Below the pieces are notes generated by a model. The model was not told where the DNA came from, ran no database searches, and was given only the letters and a program-made list of their open reading frames with translations. Of a stretch of 64,000 bases of DNA, positions 49,163 through 62,515 are shown piece after piece. Where the stretch lies: NCBI GenBank assembly GCA_973895155.1, contig OZ316895.1, forward strand, positions 5,972,687 to 6,036,686. Reading direction: 5' to 3'. The position numbers and the translations under genes were made by a program. Position 1 is the stretch's first letter. The number at the start of each line of letters is the position of its first letter. The DNA is from Marsupella aquatica (Eukaryota; Plantae; Marchantiophyta).

Positions 49163-50416
49163 AGAGATATACTTAGTGGACCTCCAAACTAAACTTTTTC
49201 TCTTAATGGACCAAAAGATGGAGATTCTTCCCCAATGGACCCAAACTTTTGGATCCTCTCCCAATGGACCTTTGGGTTCACTCCGTACAACAAATAATTC
49301 TTTGTCAAACGGCTTACCACAGAGTTTGAACTGATTATGTAGCCTGATGACAGTGTGGTTGGTCAAGTGTAGTGACATGAAAAGGTAAATGTGTACTGCA
49401 TGGATAACACAAGGGCCATAGTGCAACGACCTCCAAGCAGTCTCCCACTAGAAGGATCTATGGTTGCATTGGAGCACCCAAAGCGCTGTAGCAAGACCTC
49501 CCAACTCAGTTGACTACATTGTGGCTAATGCATTCAAACAAATGAAAGATCTTATGACCACATTGGGATACCCAAGTGTCAGAGTGTCGTCTCCCTTCTT
49601 GGTTGAATACAATAAATTTGGCTGTTGTATCCAAATTGAACTTCAAAAAAGAGAGTTCATGACCACATTGAAGCATGCAAACTCTGCAGCGTCCTCAAAC
49701 TCATTGTTTTTTTGAGGAGAATACAAAAATTCAACAAGTTTTATAATTGAAATGTATCCTCCAAGTTTTTTATGAAATCTATAAGGAACCTGTTTAGTTC
49801 TCATTGAGTTTAGGTTTATTTCTTGACATTTTCTTCCGCCGCTTGTTTTTGGTTTTCCTATTCATGTTCTTGCTCATGTTCCTCCTACAATTACTTTTTA
49901 ACATGTGCAAACTGTAGTGAAGGATCGGCCATAAATATAATTGGGTCAATCCAAGTTTATGTTTGCAATTTGATGCATTTTAGGCTAAATTTATTTTGCA
50001 TAATGTATTTACTATTCTTTCAAGATACACATAATTATGCATTTTGATTTTATGCATTTACGTTGTGGTTTGCCCAAAATTATAGTCATCTAACTATGTG
50101 TATACATTGTTGTCAATTTATACAAGTTCTGGGACAAGTTCTAAATGTCACTCTCCATATTGTGCTGCGGCCACATGGCAAATGATTCACTTCACATTGC
50201 AATTGTAATCAGATGCATTTGGCGATGTAGTCAGACACTCATCAATCGTAGCACATCTTGCATTTTATAGTGACTTTCTCATATTGTAACGGCTGAAAAT
50301 TGTGTTATAAGAACTTCTGAAACGAAATGGTACCTTTAGTGGACCTCTACTGGGATAAAATACACATATTTTGGCCGGTTAACAAAAAAGGTTGCATTTA
50401 GAGGTCCATTAAGTTT
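49163..50416. mobile_element. Non-autonomous TIR element (~1.25 kb)
   Basis: Left ACTTAGTGGACCTCCAAACTAAACTTTTT..GGACCAAAAGATG versus reverse complement of right ACTTAATGGACCTCTAAATGCAACCTTTTT..CGGCCAAAATATG. The same GAGAGATATACTTAG start recurs at 57519. Confidence 0.7.
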
Positions 50417-53400
50417 ATTAGTCCATCATTTTATCTGCAACATCTTTTAGGCTGACAACATCTTTGCTTAAGACCATCTTCTGTGCAATGATATCCTCTA
50501 CAATGATATTTTTTTCCAATGTCATATTTTTCACAAACATTATCTTCTATGTGAATGACATCTTTAATTTGCCCAACAACATCTTTTGTGCAATCCTGCA
50601 AATGACAATGTGTGCCACGATGCCTTCATTGACATTGCTAATCATGGATGCATTGAGCTCGTCATACAGTTAATACCAACGGATATAAAATTGATTATGA
50701 TAGCACAGTCCAAGAATTGATTTTTAAAGTTTCCCGTGCTCCCGGCCTCCACTTTATATAGGTACATTTCTTCTCAAGACAAAATAAGATAATTTATTAA
50801 ATATTAAATATAATTTTCTAAGAAATTGTAAACGTCATTACTCAAAACACTGCCAGACAAAACATGAAGTATATATGGACATGCTATATCATATGTCATG
50901 CTAGAGCGTGCTATATCAGCAAACCATCACGAGGTACATCCGGGGCATCATTTTCCTGTAACCATCCATAGCCTAAGGATGAAAATTGCTAAAAACAAAT
51001 AAACAATTGGATCAGTGGTACACAAGTGTGACATGATGAGAGTCATTCCCTGGGACCGGTTCCCGAATGCTGTCAGGATCGAGGGAGAATGATTAATGAT
51101 GCGGGATCTACAGTAAGGTACCTGTAGATTTCCATGTCCTAAAGAGGTGAAAAATGAAAAGTGGGTTTGAAGTGTCCTAAAAATAACAATCAAAGTGCGC
51201 TGATTGGTATTTGCGACATTTTTGTTGTTGGAAATATACCTTTTCGAAGCAACCATGAACAACGCACTGAGTGTGTGTGACCTCACGAGCACTAGTGTTT
51301 GAGAGATGTGTTCGAAATACAGTGAGACACGTCTCGTGTAGCACAATAATCCATCAGCCTAAAAGATTTGGTGGGACTCAGATCGATGCCATGCAGCGAG
51401 CACGATCTTCAGGTAGAAGCGCGTCATCCTTATTCAATAATAAAATTCAACGGCAATTCTGCATGATATCGATCGGAAACTGATGAGAGCAAGGCAAAGA
51501 AAATTCCACATTCCGGGAAAAGTAAGAAATGAAACACGGCACAAGATACGAAAGCCTTAAGCAATCACGGTTTCATTGCGGTTTGTCTCTCTTGGATCGC
51601 ACCTTTCATTAAGATTAATTTGGTTTTGGGTTTCTTGGTCATCTTGCCATTCAACTCTGCATCAGCATAGTACCCTGAGTCTCAGCTGTGCAGCTGAAGA
51701 TTTCTGACAGATGAGGATGGCAGCAGAGGATTTGCCTTGCCCTTGTGGTGTGAGAAATCGAGTTGGCAGTGTGCACTGTGTAGAAAGTTTAGACCTCCAT
51801 GCGGGTGCCCAGAGAAATCAGGACGATCGAGTGTGTAGCATGTCACTTAATTCTTGCATAGTTACCAGTGGACGGTGCTTCATAACTTAGTTTTAAATGA
51901 AGTTCTCTGCTAAACCCATCAAAGTTCAAACTATGCACAATAGAATTCTGCTTTGAAATCTGAACACAACGTACAGAGACCTCTGGCAGATTCTTCGATA
52001 GCCTCATGGAAGTTCCAACACGAACGTCCTGTCTGGCGTGCAGTTATTTTTAAATCAATGCATGAAGTTACTTTAATTTGCATTAATTAATCTTTCATGG
52101 TAGTGCGATGCAACACTTGGGAAAACCACTGATTTGAATACATTAGCATGTTTAAAGCATTTTAATTGGATTGATCAAACCTGATCTACCGACCAAAACA
52201 TTTAAACTAGGAGCTATCCAAGTTACTATCTAGCCAAATCTTTATCCAGTCAAATACTGGAGTGCTATTTGTTGATCCCTGGATTGCTCACAATGGTGAT
52301 CTACGAAGGACAGGAAAATCTCAATCAGGGTAAGTCATGCCCCATGATCACAGGTATATATTATGTCACTTTGGGTGAACTGGACACAGTTGCCAATGTT
52401 GGTCGGTGTTCACTGTAACAAGTTTTGACTATAGTAAGACTGTATGCTCTCTCAGATTAATTGTGTCGATGCTAGAAAATATTACACGGACATCATCATT
52501 AATTTTCCATATGAATTCCCATAGTACACGAAACATCTAGAGAGAGAGGACTCCAAAATATCTAGGGGAGAGAGAATGAGATGAGGAGGTTCATCAAATA
52601 GAGAAACAGAGAAAGTATCAAGTAGACAAATATCTTGGATCGTGGCAAACCCTCTCAAACTTAAGAATCTTTCTCGTTTTTTCGTTTAAAACGTCAAATT
52701 GATTAACAATCTTTCTCGTCCTAACAATTCCCTTCCTGCCTTTTAAAGCTAGGTGACACTATTATGGTTACTCCTACCCAATCATCTCTTGAATCATTTT
52801 ATATACGTTCAGTGGGAGGGAGCTCTAGCAGCTGATGAACTCAGTGCCAGACAAAGCTGTCATCTCATCTCCGTCAGCTACTGTGCCTCTTCCATTGCAC
52901 ACTGTCGTACGTAAGCTGAGCACATCGATAGATACATCTTCGAATAATATTGAGCTTTTGTGGGAACGCGTGCGGCTCTGATAGCTCATGATCAGTCACG
53001 GTTATCTTCGCGTCATCATCCCCTTGACGCTCTACCCGATAGTTCAATTCCGCCTCTGTCATGCAGTGGCTCATCTCGCATTGGTGCCCTTCTACGTACA
53101 TCTTGAGCCAGGCAGGATCCACCAGTCATTGCAAGTCTGTCTTAACAGTTGAGGAGGGAACTCACGATGGAGTCAGCAATGTCAGTCAGTCCCCACCAAA
53201 ACGTTTTCGGGAGGGTGAGCTAGTATTACAGTTCTGCACACAATGAGGACAAAGCCCACTCAAGCGCTAACTTGACGACCTACACCAACCAGCAGTGGCC
53301 ACACCAACTTGCAGCATTGGCTCGGAGTGTTCTAGTAGGGTCACCGCCGTGTCTCATTGATATGATGTTTGCGATTTCCATTTAGGAAAAGCAAAATTAT

Positions 53401-55341
53401 CAGTCTAGGGTACTTTCACTGAAAAAGAAAATTAAGATGGTCTACAATTACAGTTGCTTCCAAATTTACAGATGCGGTCTGACTGTCTCCGTCCCATCAA
53501 ACACTTGAAACGCCAAAACAAAATATTTAACCCAACTAAGTCCAAAAACACACTCCCATGACTACAGCTCGAACGTCACAGCTCCAGCGCGTGTGGTACC
53601 GGAATTCTCTCGTCAGGCAGCATACGGATGGTGATTGCCTTTCCCCGAATACTTTGCACACTAGAGTGATGCAAGCTTCTTCGTTTTTGGCCATGAAAGT
53701 CGCATTTTAATGAAGAAAAGGTGAAAGAATAATTAATGACCTTCGTCGTCGTCCTCCAGGTATTGTAATCAGTAATCGGGATCTTCCCCAGTCCCCACTG
53801 TTTCGAAAAGTGTCCTTCTACAGTTGCTTGACCGGCTTGGCTACTCTCGTGGTCGTTTAGGGACCTCAGCAGCTGCACCTCTTTGCCCTTATTAATTTGA
53901 AGATGAACGAGCAATAGAGTCTTTCTTTGCCTTTTCCGTTCTCCGTTTTTCGTTTTTTGCGAAAGGAAAGGGAAATGAGCAATAGAGATGTCATGGCCGT
54001 TTTTGAGCCTCTCGTTTGCTGCACGGCTCAAGAAAGGTACTTAAAAGGAGAGACTCAAATTTGATTTCCGAGGCAAAAAAGGAAGGTCCTTAAAGCCGCC
54101 TTTTAGAGCTCTCAGACCAGGGGGACCCACATGGTGATTGCATGACAAGACCTCTGTCCGTCTGTCGAGTAGGCAAATTTTTAAAAGTAAATGATTGTGT
54201 ATGTGTAACTTTAAGCCCAGATGGACCCACCCACAAGGTCACTGACAAGACCACAGTAATAAGCAAATTCTTATAAGTACACGTCTACAGTACATAGCTT
54301 AACAGAACTTAACAGAACTTAATAAAATAATGCTGCCAAATAAGAAAAGGCGCCATAGGGGGAGACAAGATCCCAAAGGCAAGAATCGCAATAGAGGAGG
54401 ACAAAGGAAGAAATACGTGAAGACAAAGAAGCCCCAAAAAGCCCAAGGGTCCCAAACGGCTGCCTGAGAACTCCTTCTTGATTTTCTCTTATTATACTGT
54501 AGTAGGGCATCCAAAAGCTGGGCCATGGCTGCAAGCTACTGATTTATGGTACATCTTGTAACTGTGGCTCTGGGACCCACTCAAGGATTTTACAAAATGG
54601 AGAGAGGCAGCATTGACTCGCCCCACAATGCAGGGGTTACTGCCTCACCTCAGTCTGATGCCATATATCCCTTAGTTTTCTTTCATTGTAGGTCATCCGC
54701 TCACAAAACGAAGCAACCACCACCACATTCCGCCCACATGCCTTCAATTGAACACTTCTTCCAGATTTCTGGATTTGCGCCTAAGTTCAGGAAACTCTTG
54801 ATATTGGTGTTGAGCTGCCAGGCTTTCCTTCCTGTTCCTGAACATTGCTCTCACAATTTTCGTCAATGGGAGTTTCCATAACTCAAAAGAGTTATAGGGA
54901 ACATGCCAAATTTGGCTCCCACAACTTTAGTCAATGGGAGTTCTCATAACTCTTTGAGTTATGGGAAAATATCATTCTGGTATCGCCAAGCTTTGGGAAA
55001 ATATCATTCTGGTATAGCAAGCTTTGAGATGCCCTAGTACATTGAAATGACTGAGTTGATATTAAATTGCATCACTACTAGACAGTAACCGACAAGCTAC
55101 CCACTGATAGACCAAATGAGAAGAGCAATGATGACCAAAGACGGAGGGTATCTTTTATGGGAAATGGTGACATAAGATGTCTTTTTCTTAACAAAGACTA
55201 TTCTATTTAATATACAACAAATCATGTCCCAGAGTACTTATCTAACCTATCTAACCTACAAGTCTTTCAAGTAACTAGCACCCCTCGTAGTGTTCTTCCG
55301 TTCAGTTAATTAAGATTTCAACCTAGGCCTGGCCTGATGAT

Positions 55342-55521
55342 TAATCCCCCAAAAGATATACTTTATCACACAAGTGGTGGTTGGCCTGCGTGGTAGCGGC
55401 CCTCTAGAAAGTAGTGAACGTCTCATATGACTGCCGGCACTGAAGGAGGAAAGGGGCGGGGGGTCAGGCTCCCTGCTCTAAGTCCATGATAATAATTGGT
55501 GATAACTAATCCCCCAAAAGA
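55342..55521 (+). mobile_element. SINE-like 150-bp insert between 15-bp direct repeats
   Basis: TAATCCCCCAAAAGA at 55342-55356 and 55507-55521. GC-rich body with an A-box-like TGGCCTGCGTGGT and a TGATAATAA tail. Confidence 0.5.
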
Positions 55522-55840
55522 AATTGTCTGCTTGGAAATGATAGAGGTGGCATTGTCAAGGCATTCAAGAATTAATGCCTATGAAGTAACAATTAATTTT
55601 TGTTTGAAATTGGAAAGCAGGAGATTTATTGCAAACAGGCTTTTGCAGCACAAGGAGATTAAATTGGAAAAATACCATAGCAGAGTTTCAACTATCCCTA
55701 ACACACTAGAGTAAACTCTAGGGGCAAGTAGTAAGGACTAAACCACTTTTGGACCCATTGCCAGTGAGTTGCCATAAAGTCTCCCAAAAATTGAAAATGT
55801 CCAAAAACTGACGCTCGATCAGTGAGATGGACACTGCACT

Positions 55841-56232
55841 CACTACAACCCTTTCTCAAGCTCCCAGCAAGAAGTTTAATCATGCACTAGCCTGGCCCTC
55901 ACTACAACCCTTTCTCAAGCTCCCAGCAAAAAGTTTAATCATGCAGTAGCCTGGCCCTTACTACAACCATTTCTCAAGCTCCCAGAAAAAAGTTTAATCA
56001 TGCACTAGCCTGGCCCTCCTACCCTGGCACTGAGTCTCTCACAAAACTATAAGTGCTATGTGCTCCTTGCCCCAGTCCTTGCCCTCGCCAGCAGCAAAAC
56101 CAAGCTTCACTCACTACAACCCTGGCATTCTCAAGGTCCCAGCAAGAATTTTAATCATGCACTACCCTGGCCCTCTCACCCTGGCACTGAGTCTCTCACA
56201 AAACTATATGCTCCTTGCCCTCACCAGCAGCA
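55841..56232. repeat. Tandem repeat, ~59-bp unit x3 plus an extended higher-order copy
   Basis: CACTACAACCCTTTCTCAAGCTCCCAGCAAGAAGTTTAATCATGCACTAGCCTGGCCCT repeated, and ACCCTGGCACTGAGTCTCTCACAAAACTATA twice. Confidence 0.92.
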
Positions 56233-56512
56233 AAATAGAGTTTCACCTCTAGTGTGATCCTATGTACACTTACTGCCAGGGGCAAACTAAATATTTAACC
56301 CTCACTTTTAGGCAGAACTGAAAACTACTTGCCCGCAATGCCAGGTTTAATGGAAAAATTACTCACCCAAACTATAACCATGGCCAAGCATGGGCTGAGA
56401 AACAACCACACTGGCTAGAGAGACAGGTCTGAAGGAAGACAAGAAAACCTCAATTGATCATACCAGATAAGAGTCACAAACAATGTCTGACAATCTCCTC
56501 CAAAACTGAAGA

Positions 56513-56581
56513 AGTGGTTAGTTGGCCAGGGGATGAGCCTAGAACCAAGAGGTCCCAGGTTCAACCCCCCCCCCCCCCCCC
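56513..56581 (+). mobile_element. tRNA-derived SINE head or decayed tRNA
   Basis: A-box-like TGGTTAGTTGG and variable-loop/B-box-like AGAGGTCCCAGGTTCAACCCC at tRNA spacing, followed by a poly-C run. No complete cloverleaf. Confidence 0.5.
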
Positions 56582-58077
56582 ACCTCCACATAGGGTGTCT
56601 GTGCGTGGGCAGGGTGAAGTAATGGGATCGAATACTGGTTTCTTCTCAGCCCTAGCTGGTCTGCTTTGGCTGGGCTCTGGTCCAACCTTCTCTCCCTCCT
56701 GGTCCTGAGTATGACCCCCCCTTGTGGGCTACCCTACAGGGTTGCATCTCTGGAGTTGGTAGTCTATCCTCGATCTGTTGGATGGGTCAGCTTTTGGTTT
56801 TCATGACAAAAATAAAACAAAATTGAAACCAAGGCCAAACATAGGCCAAGAAACAACCAGACTAAGGCTAGACCAATCACACAGGTCTGGTGACAAACGG
56901 GGTAACAAATAGAACGGACAGAACCAACAAAAATTATATCTTGCCAATAAATCATCTTTGACAGCCGCTAGCAATTCTTGTAGCAATTCAGAACTCTATG
57001 TTATTAAACATATGTGGTCTACAGCTAAACTCTCTTGAAGTTGTGCCTTTGTGTGACATAAGGTATCACTAAGGCAGGGTTTCACATCATGTTTGAAATA
57101 ATAAATTGAATGTTCAACTAAGTTTGAGTTAGTCGTTTTGACTGGATTGGGTTTGCTCCCCTGATGTGGAAAGCCTTTGCCCTCCCCTCTGAATTTTTTA
57201 TTTGAGAATACTTTTAAAGGGAACTAGAAACGGAAAAAATTAATTGGAGTGACTTAGCCCACCTAGAGAAACGAGTAAAGCTGGCTGATGATGGGTCCAT
57301 GCCTGGGGAGAAACCAAGGGGTAAGGAATGACTGATGCTATATGGGTCCATGCCAGGGAGAAACCATGGGGCAAGGAACCTGGGCCCAGTCATACATACA
57401 CTAGGGGACAACCTGAGTGACTCTACAAGGATATTAAAAAGTGAGAACCTAAACACAAAACTTAGATTCCACGCATGGAAGGATCACAACGTCACCTGGT
57501 TCATTCAGGAGAAAAAGTGAGAGATATACTTAGCTGATCTCCTGGAGAGAGTGTCACAGGCTCTTTAGGGACCAAAACTTGTAGATTGCCCACCATTGGA
57601 CCAAATGTTTCATATTCTCTCCAAGTGGAGCTCTAGGCCTGATCCGTACAGTCGTGTGTGTTTTTGTGAGGTGCGGGCTCTACCAAAGAGTTCGGGTTAC
57701 CATGTTTTCTCATATCACCGGGCATATCACCGTCCATCGAAGATAGAGTAACATGTCTTGTTTTTTGGTCTTGTAATGATATGTAATTCATTGGATTTAT
57801 TTTATGATAAAAGAAACAAATACATGTAAGTATATGCCAAGAAATTAACATATGTTGATTAAGAGTGAGTGACATAATACACATGCAAAAAAAAGCACAT
57901 TATGACCAAAAAAGTACAAAGGTACTAAAGAGTTGTGCATTAGAGATTTTTGTTTGCTTCTAGGTAATGATAATTAACTCATTTAAAATCATAAATTTTG
58001 TGAAGAAAACGACAAGGGTTCACATTGTTCAAATTCATTTATGGTACTCTCATGAGAAAAAAGATAATGGATGCTCC

Positions 58078-58598
58078 CAAATTTGCCTCGGTATGCAACT
58101 CCTCTTTCATAAGGCAAGTTTTTGAATTAGTACTTATAATGACCTTATATCCAATTGACCATGTTAGTTAAGTTTCATTTCAGCCTACTAAACTCTTTGA
58201 CAGGCTGTCGGGGTACCTCTCAACTCAAGGAATAGAAAAAATGCAACTTTATAATAAACTCAAGAATGATGTTCTGATGTGGAAAAACCTGATCAAACGA
58301 GTTTGTTTGGTTTTTTTTAATACAGGAGTCTACAACCAAACTAGCCAGCATTTTAGGATTTTTATTAAGATTCTAAAAATATTTAAAGAAAATTTACAGC
58401 TAAGAATTAAGAAGAAAACCAAATTTTATACATGACTTAAATGAATTGTAAAGTGGAAAACCCAGGTTTTTCCAAAATATATATTTTTATGATAGCCAAC
58501 CTTTCAGTCCATATAAAAAATAATGTACAGTCAATTGGATATAAGGTCATTTGGATATATAATTTAAATATGTAGAGTTGCATACCTTGGAAAATTTG
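58078..58598. mobile_element. ~520-bp MITE/foldback element
   Basis: Perfect 22-bp inverted match AATGACCTTATATCCAATTGAC (58138-58159) / GTCAATTGGATATAAGGTCATT, plus an outer CAAATTT...GGTATGCAACTC inverted match. Confidence 0.8.
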
Positions 58599-59745
58599 AT
58601 CCATACACCACCGTGCACCTGTTCAAGACAATGCACAATGAAGAGAATTGCTCAGATGCCAGATTGTGTGCAAGTAGATTACAACAGGAGCAAACTCTAC
58701 TAGCTGAACATTGTGACCAAGCTTCTCATTGAGAGTACACAATGCCCTCTTGAGTGTGCTCCTATATATGCAGATGAACGTTGAAGGCTAGGAGTGATTA
58801 ACAAAGGAAATTAGGTGGATGTTGATGGTCCATGTTCTTATGCAGCAACAGGAGCCTGCGGCCGCAATAATGATTTCTAAGTTTCAATTGTCCCCTCGAT
58901 TAATCCACAGAGCAATGAAAATGTGGATTAATGAAATTGAGATGGCCAAATCTTCCTTACATTAGCCATGAGGCTGGGAATCAGAACCTTATGACTATCC
59001 AACATTACTACAAGTTTTACACTACTGATGTCACATAGGACTTTGTCAACTATCAGTCTATTCATTAAACTGGAAAATTCTTTGATCTTTGGACATTTGG
59101 ACACCAAAATATATACTTTTGAGCACAAGAATTGTACATTTGGGCAGTGAAAGTTGTATATTTGGGCACCAGATCATGTACATTTGGGGAATCAAGATTG
59201 TATATAGGGGAAAATGAAATATTAATTTGGATTCTAAAGAAAAATATTTGGGTGATAATAATGTAAAATATGTTGGATAAGAAGTAGAAAATTGATTCAA
59301 TCTGACTAACTAAGTAAGTAATATAATATAACTAAAGCTAACTTCAATATGATCTTGACCCTAGCTAAACCTTCTACGTAATAAATGAAAGCATTAATTT
59401 ATAAACTTGTCAGACAGAATGGTATCTAGTATCCATATTAATTCAAGTAACTAACTAATTTGTTACATTCTAAGCAACTCGAGTTGAAACTAAGGTTTAC
59501 TAGAGGCAGGCACATCCCATCACGGATATGACTTCTTGTAATATAGTCAGATAGTACTATGTAATTATAATTAAAGCAATTAATATAAAGGTATCCAAGT
59601 CCAACTAATACCTCCTGCCCACCTATTCAAACTAGTCTCCCAAAATATTATAAAAGTTACTTAGATTCACTAGTAACCAACTAGTACTAAGTAAACTAAG
59701 ACATTCCAAACCAATTGACATACTTAAACTCCCTCACTTTGACTA

Positions 59746-61205
59746 CTAGAAAACTTTTGACCTAATCACCAACCAGAAAAGTTCTTTGCCATTCTTCTTT
59801 TCCAATTCATCCTCTGGATGAAGAAATACAAAGTGGCCCTCTTGAATGTCCTGGAGAGGAATCCAACGGGCAAGTTCTCGCTCGTGTCGAGCGCCAACAA
59901 ATAGTGCAGCTTGATCCTCCATCTCTTCCAGGTACTCATTCTGAAGCTCCACCATTTCTGGATTCTGTGTACTACTACTAGGTTCCCCCAACGGTTTAGA
60001 GGTTCCTGTACTATTCACCTTGTAACCAGTTCCGTGGTTGGTTTTTGGCCAAAACTCACATGTCAATGTCAACTGTATTTCGGCCCCCCCTTCAATTGTA
60101 AGCTCCCCTGATAATACTTGCACCACCATCTCCCAATATTTCACCAAAGGAAACCTCTCACGATATGCTGTAGAGGTCTCATCCTTACAACTCTTCTTCA
60201 AAAACTCAATGTAACGATTAAGGAATGGGATGATTTCTTCAACCTTGCCTCGTACATCCCCGGAGATGGGTTTTGCAAATGGTTGACCTTCTGGTAAAAT
60301 GAGAGCATTGGTGTTGGAATCAGTTCTCCAAATGGACCTTCCGGTTGGAGGGTACCAAGGTTGTTTCACATGTGCTTTGTATTGATATATTGGAACATTA
60401 TCTCTCATAGAGAAAAGAAATGCCACTGGTTTTGAGTGACCCTCTATGTCTTTTACCTTGATTGTTTTCAAAAACTCTTTGTAAGCTGCAACCTCTTGAA
60501 TCAACCGTGGAACAAGATGAATGCTTTCACACTCCCAAACCTCAGCCATCAACCCCAAAAGGGTAGAAACCTCCTTGTACTTCACTTGGTTGGATACTTT
60601 TGAAAACAATGCATCGACATCCTCATGGGTGTGACCAACCATGAGAAATGACATCTGCACTGTTTCAAAGACCCCTCTACTAACAAGCTCACTGCAAAAT
60701 GCCATCACATACTGGTTTTTGTTATCTTTCCCTGAATTATCCATTTGCAAGGTCAGGTGCCTTGGCAATGGTTTGAAAGAGGTAGCAGCCTTGGGATCAA
60801 TACCAAAGTAGTCATCCACCACATTTGATAACCCAATATCTTGGTCATCTTCAGCTCCTTGAAATCTAGCAATTGAGACTTTTTTGGGTTCTAAGTAACC
60901 TGCGAGAAATGCTTCAAAGTCCAAAAGAGATTGAAAAATTGGCCTCGTTGCAGCCCAATATAATCCTTCAAGGAGGTCTCTAGATTTGTCCCCCTTGTAA
61001 TCCTCCAGATCTCTAAGGCACTTGGCCAACGATGTCACTGTGAAGTCTGCATCTCCCGGCCAAAGCCCAGTGAAACTGAATTGAGCATACACTCCGGGAT
61101 CCCTTCCATGGGTCAACATCCCAGTGAGCGCAATGGGGAGAGGTTGACCACTGCCGGACAATGATTTAGGAGTGGGGACCAACCTAGGGATCCATGTCTT
61201 GGCTA
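59746..61205 (-). CDS. Sola-type DDD transposase (C-terminal two-thirds; 5'-truncated or spliced)
   Basis: PLPRHLTLQMDNSGKDNKNQYVMAF...LVSRGVF..VQMSFLMVGHTHEDVDALFS. The superfamily call is from recalled motifs. Confidence 0.8.
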
Positions 61206-61239
61206 CCTTCAGTCCTGAAATTCAGCCATCTAAATTATT

Positions 61240-62515
61240 ATGTCTACCTTCACAGTGATAGGCGGGCTATTACCAATTGTGGATTGCATCGACAATAGTC
61301 TCCAAAGCTTTCCAGATTCTTCGACATCTGCCCTTCAGCCAGTTGCAGGTTTGTCGAGCACTGTGGTTCATTTACTTGCTTGTCATGCTCAAGATCATCT
61401 CGAGCCTACCTTTATTCTGTCTCACACAAATCTAACATAGGTGTCTCTTGTTCGCAGGATCCTTGCCTCCACTTCACGGTCCAATTAGACGAAAACTATT
61501 GATTCTTGACCTCAACAAAATATGTTGGGATTCCCTTAGAACTCCGAGTTCCGGACCGCGCCGAAGTGCCACAAGTGTCAAGGGTGTCCATTGGGGGAGA
61601 CGTGGAGGATTTAACTTTATGTATGTTGAGCGTCCCCATCTTCACGAGTTCTTAATCGCAGCTTTTGCTATATTTGATGTTGCCATCTGGACTTGTGCGA
61701 GAAAGCCCAGGGCAACTGAAATGATTCATTTGATCTTCACTCAAGAAGAGCGGGAGCAATTCAAGTTTATTCTGACGCAAGAAGATACTTTTGACACTGG
61801 AATCCAGAGGCCTGACGTCATCGATGGAAAGACAAATATTCTTTTGAAGGATTTGAGGGTTGTTTGGAAACGTTATGGTTTATTATACGACGAGACTAAT
61901 ACACTCCTCCTTGATGACTCTCCAATGAAGGCGTTTGCAAATCCAGAGAATTGTGGGTTGTTCCCTTCTTCATTTTCGCATCACCTCACAGATGATACTT
62001 TCTTTCCTGAAATACTGTGGCCTTTGTTGAGGAAATTGTATCATGCCTTCAATCTTCAACACTACCTATTTATCAATCAACCAAAGTGGTCTATGATCAA
62101 TGTTTTATCGGATAGGGATCAACAGGCTGCCATTTATGCGCTGTTGTCGGAGAGGTGGGGTAGTATGGTATGGGTTCCCACTGTTTTCCATATAGTCTTG
62201 GATGTTACATCGGACAAAATTCCCTGGGATATCAAGAATGAAGTGCAACAATTGCCACCAATTGAGGAATTGACGGAGGAGGCGATCGAGGACCTTATAA
62301 AGACATTAATTGGGGATCAGTATACAGGACCCTATAGAGACAATCATCTGGCATTTGTTTCGGAAATTCTGAGGACTAGAGACCTCACGACTAAGTTCTG
62401 GAATAGAAAGCCTCTGGATTTTTGCAATCGCGATATGAAATATGACCCGTCAGGGTCTAGATTTACTTGCTCAAATGAATTCTGTGGGGAGGAGGGTCAT
62501 GAGATTTGGGTCTAG
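61240..62515 (+). CDS. FCP1/NIF-homology HAD phosphatase-like protein; exons 61240-61348 and 61458-62515
   Basis: RKLLILDLNKI, ERPHLHEFL, FDVAIWT, LLKDLRVVW and NTLLLDDSPMKAFANP motifs. A phase-1 intron GCAG|GT...CAG|GA keeps frame. Confidence 0.85.

Noticed and set aside
51644-51725. Possible pre-miRNA stem (TGCCATT...GATGGCA)
   Set aside because: Too many bulges, and no match to a conserved miRNA that I recognise.
52878-52900. miR408-like core TGCCTCTTCC
   Set aside because: Only ~10 nt match, and no precursor hairpin seen.
55841-56232. CRISPR-like array, or CACTA termini (units start CACTAC)
   Set aside because: Contiguous tandem units with no unique spacers, a eukaryotic context, and no inverted partner.
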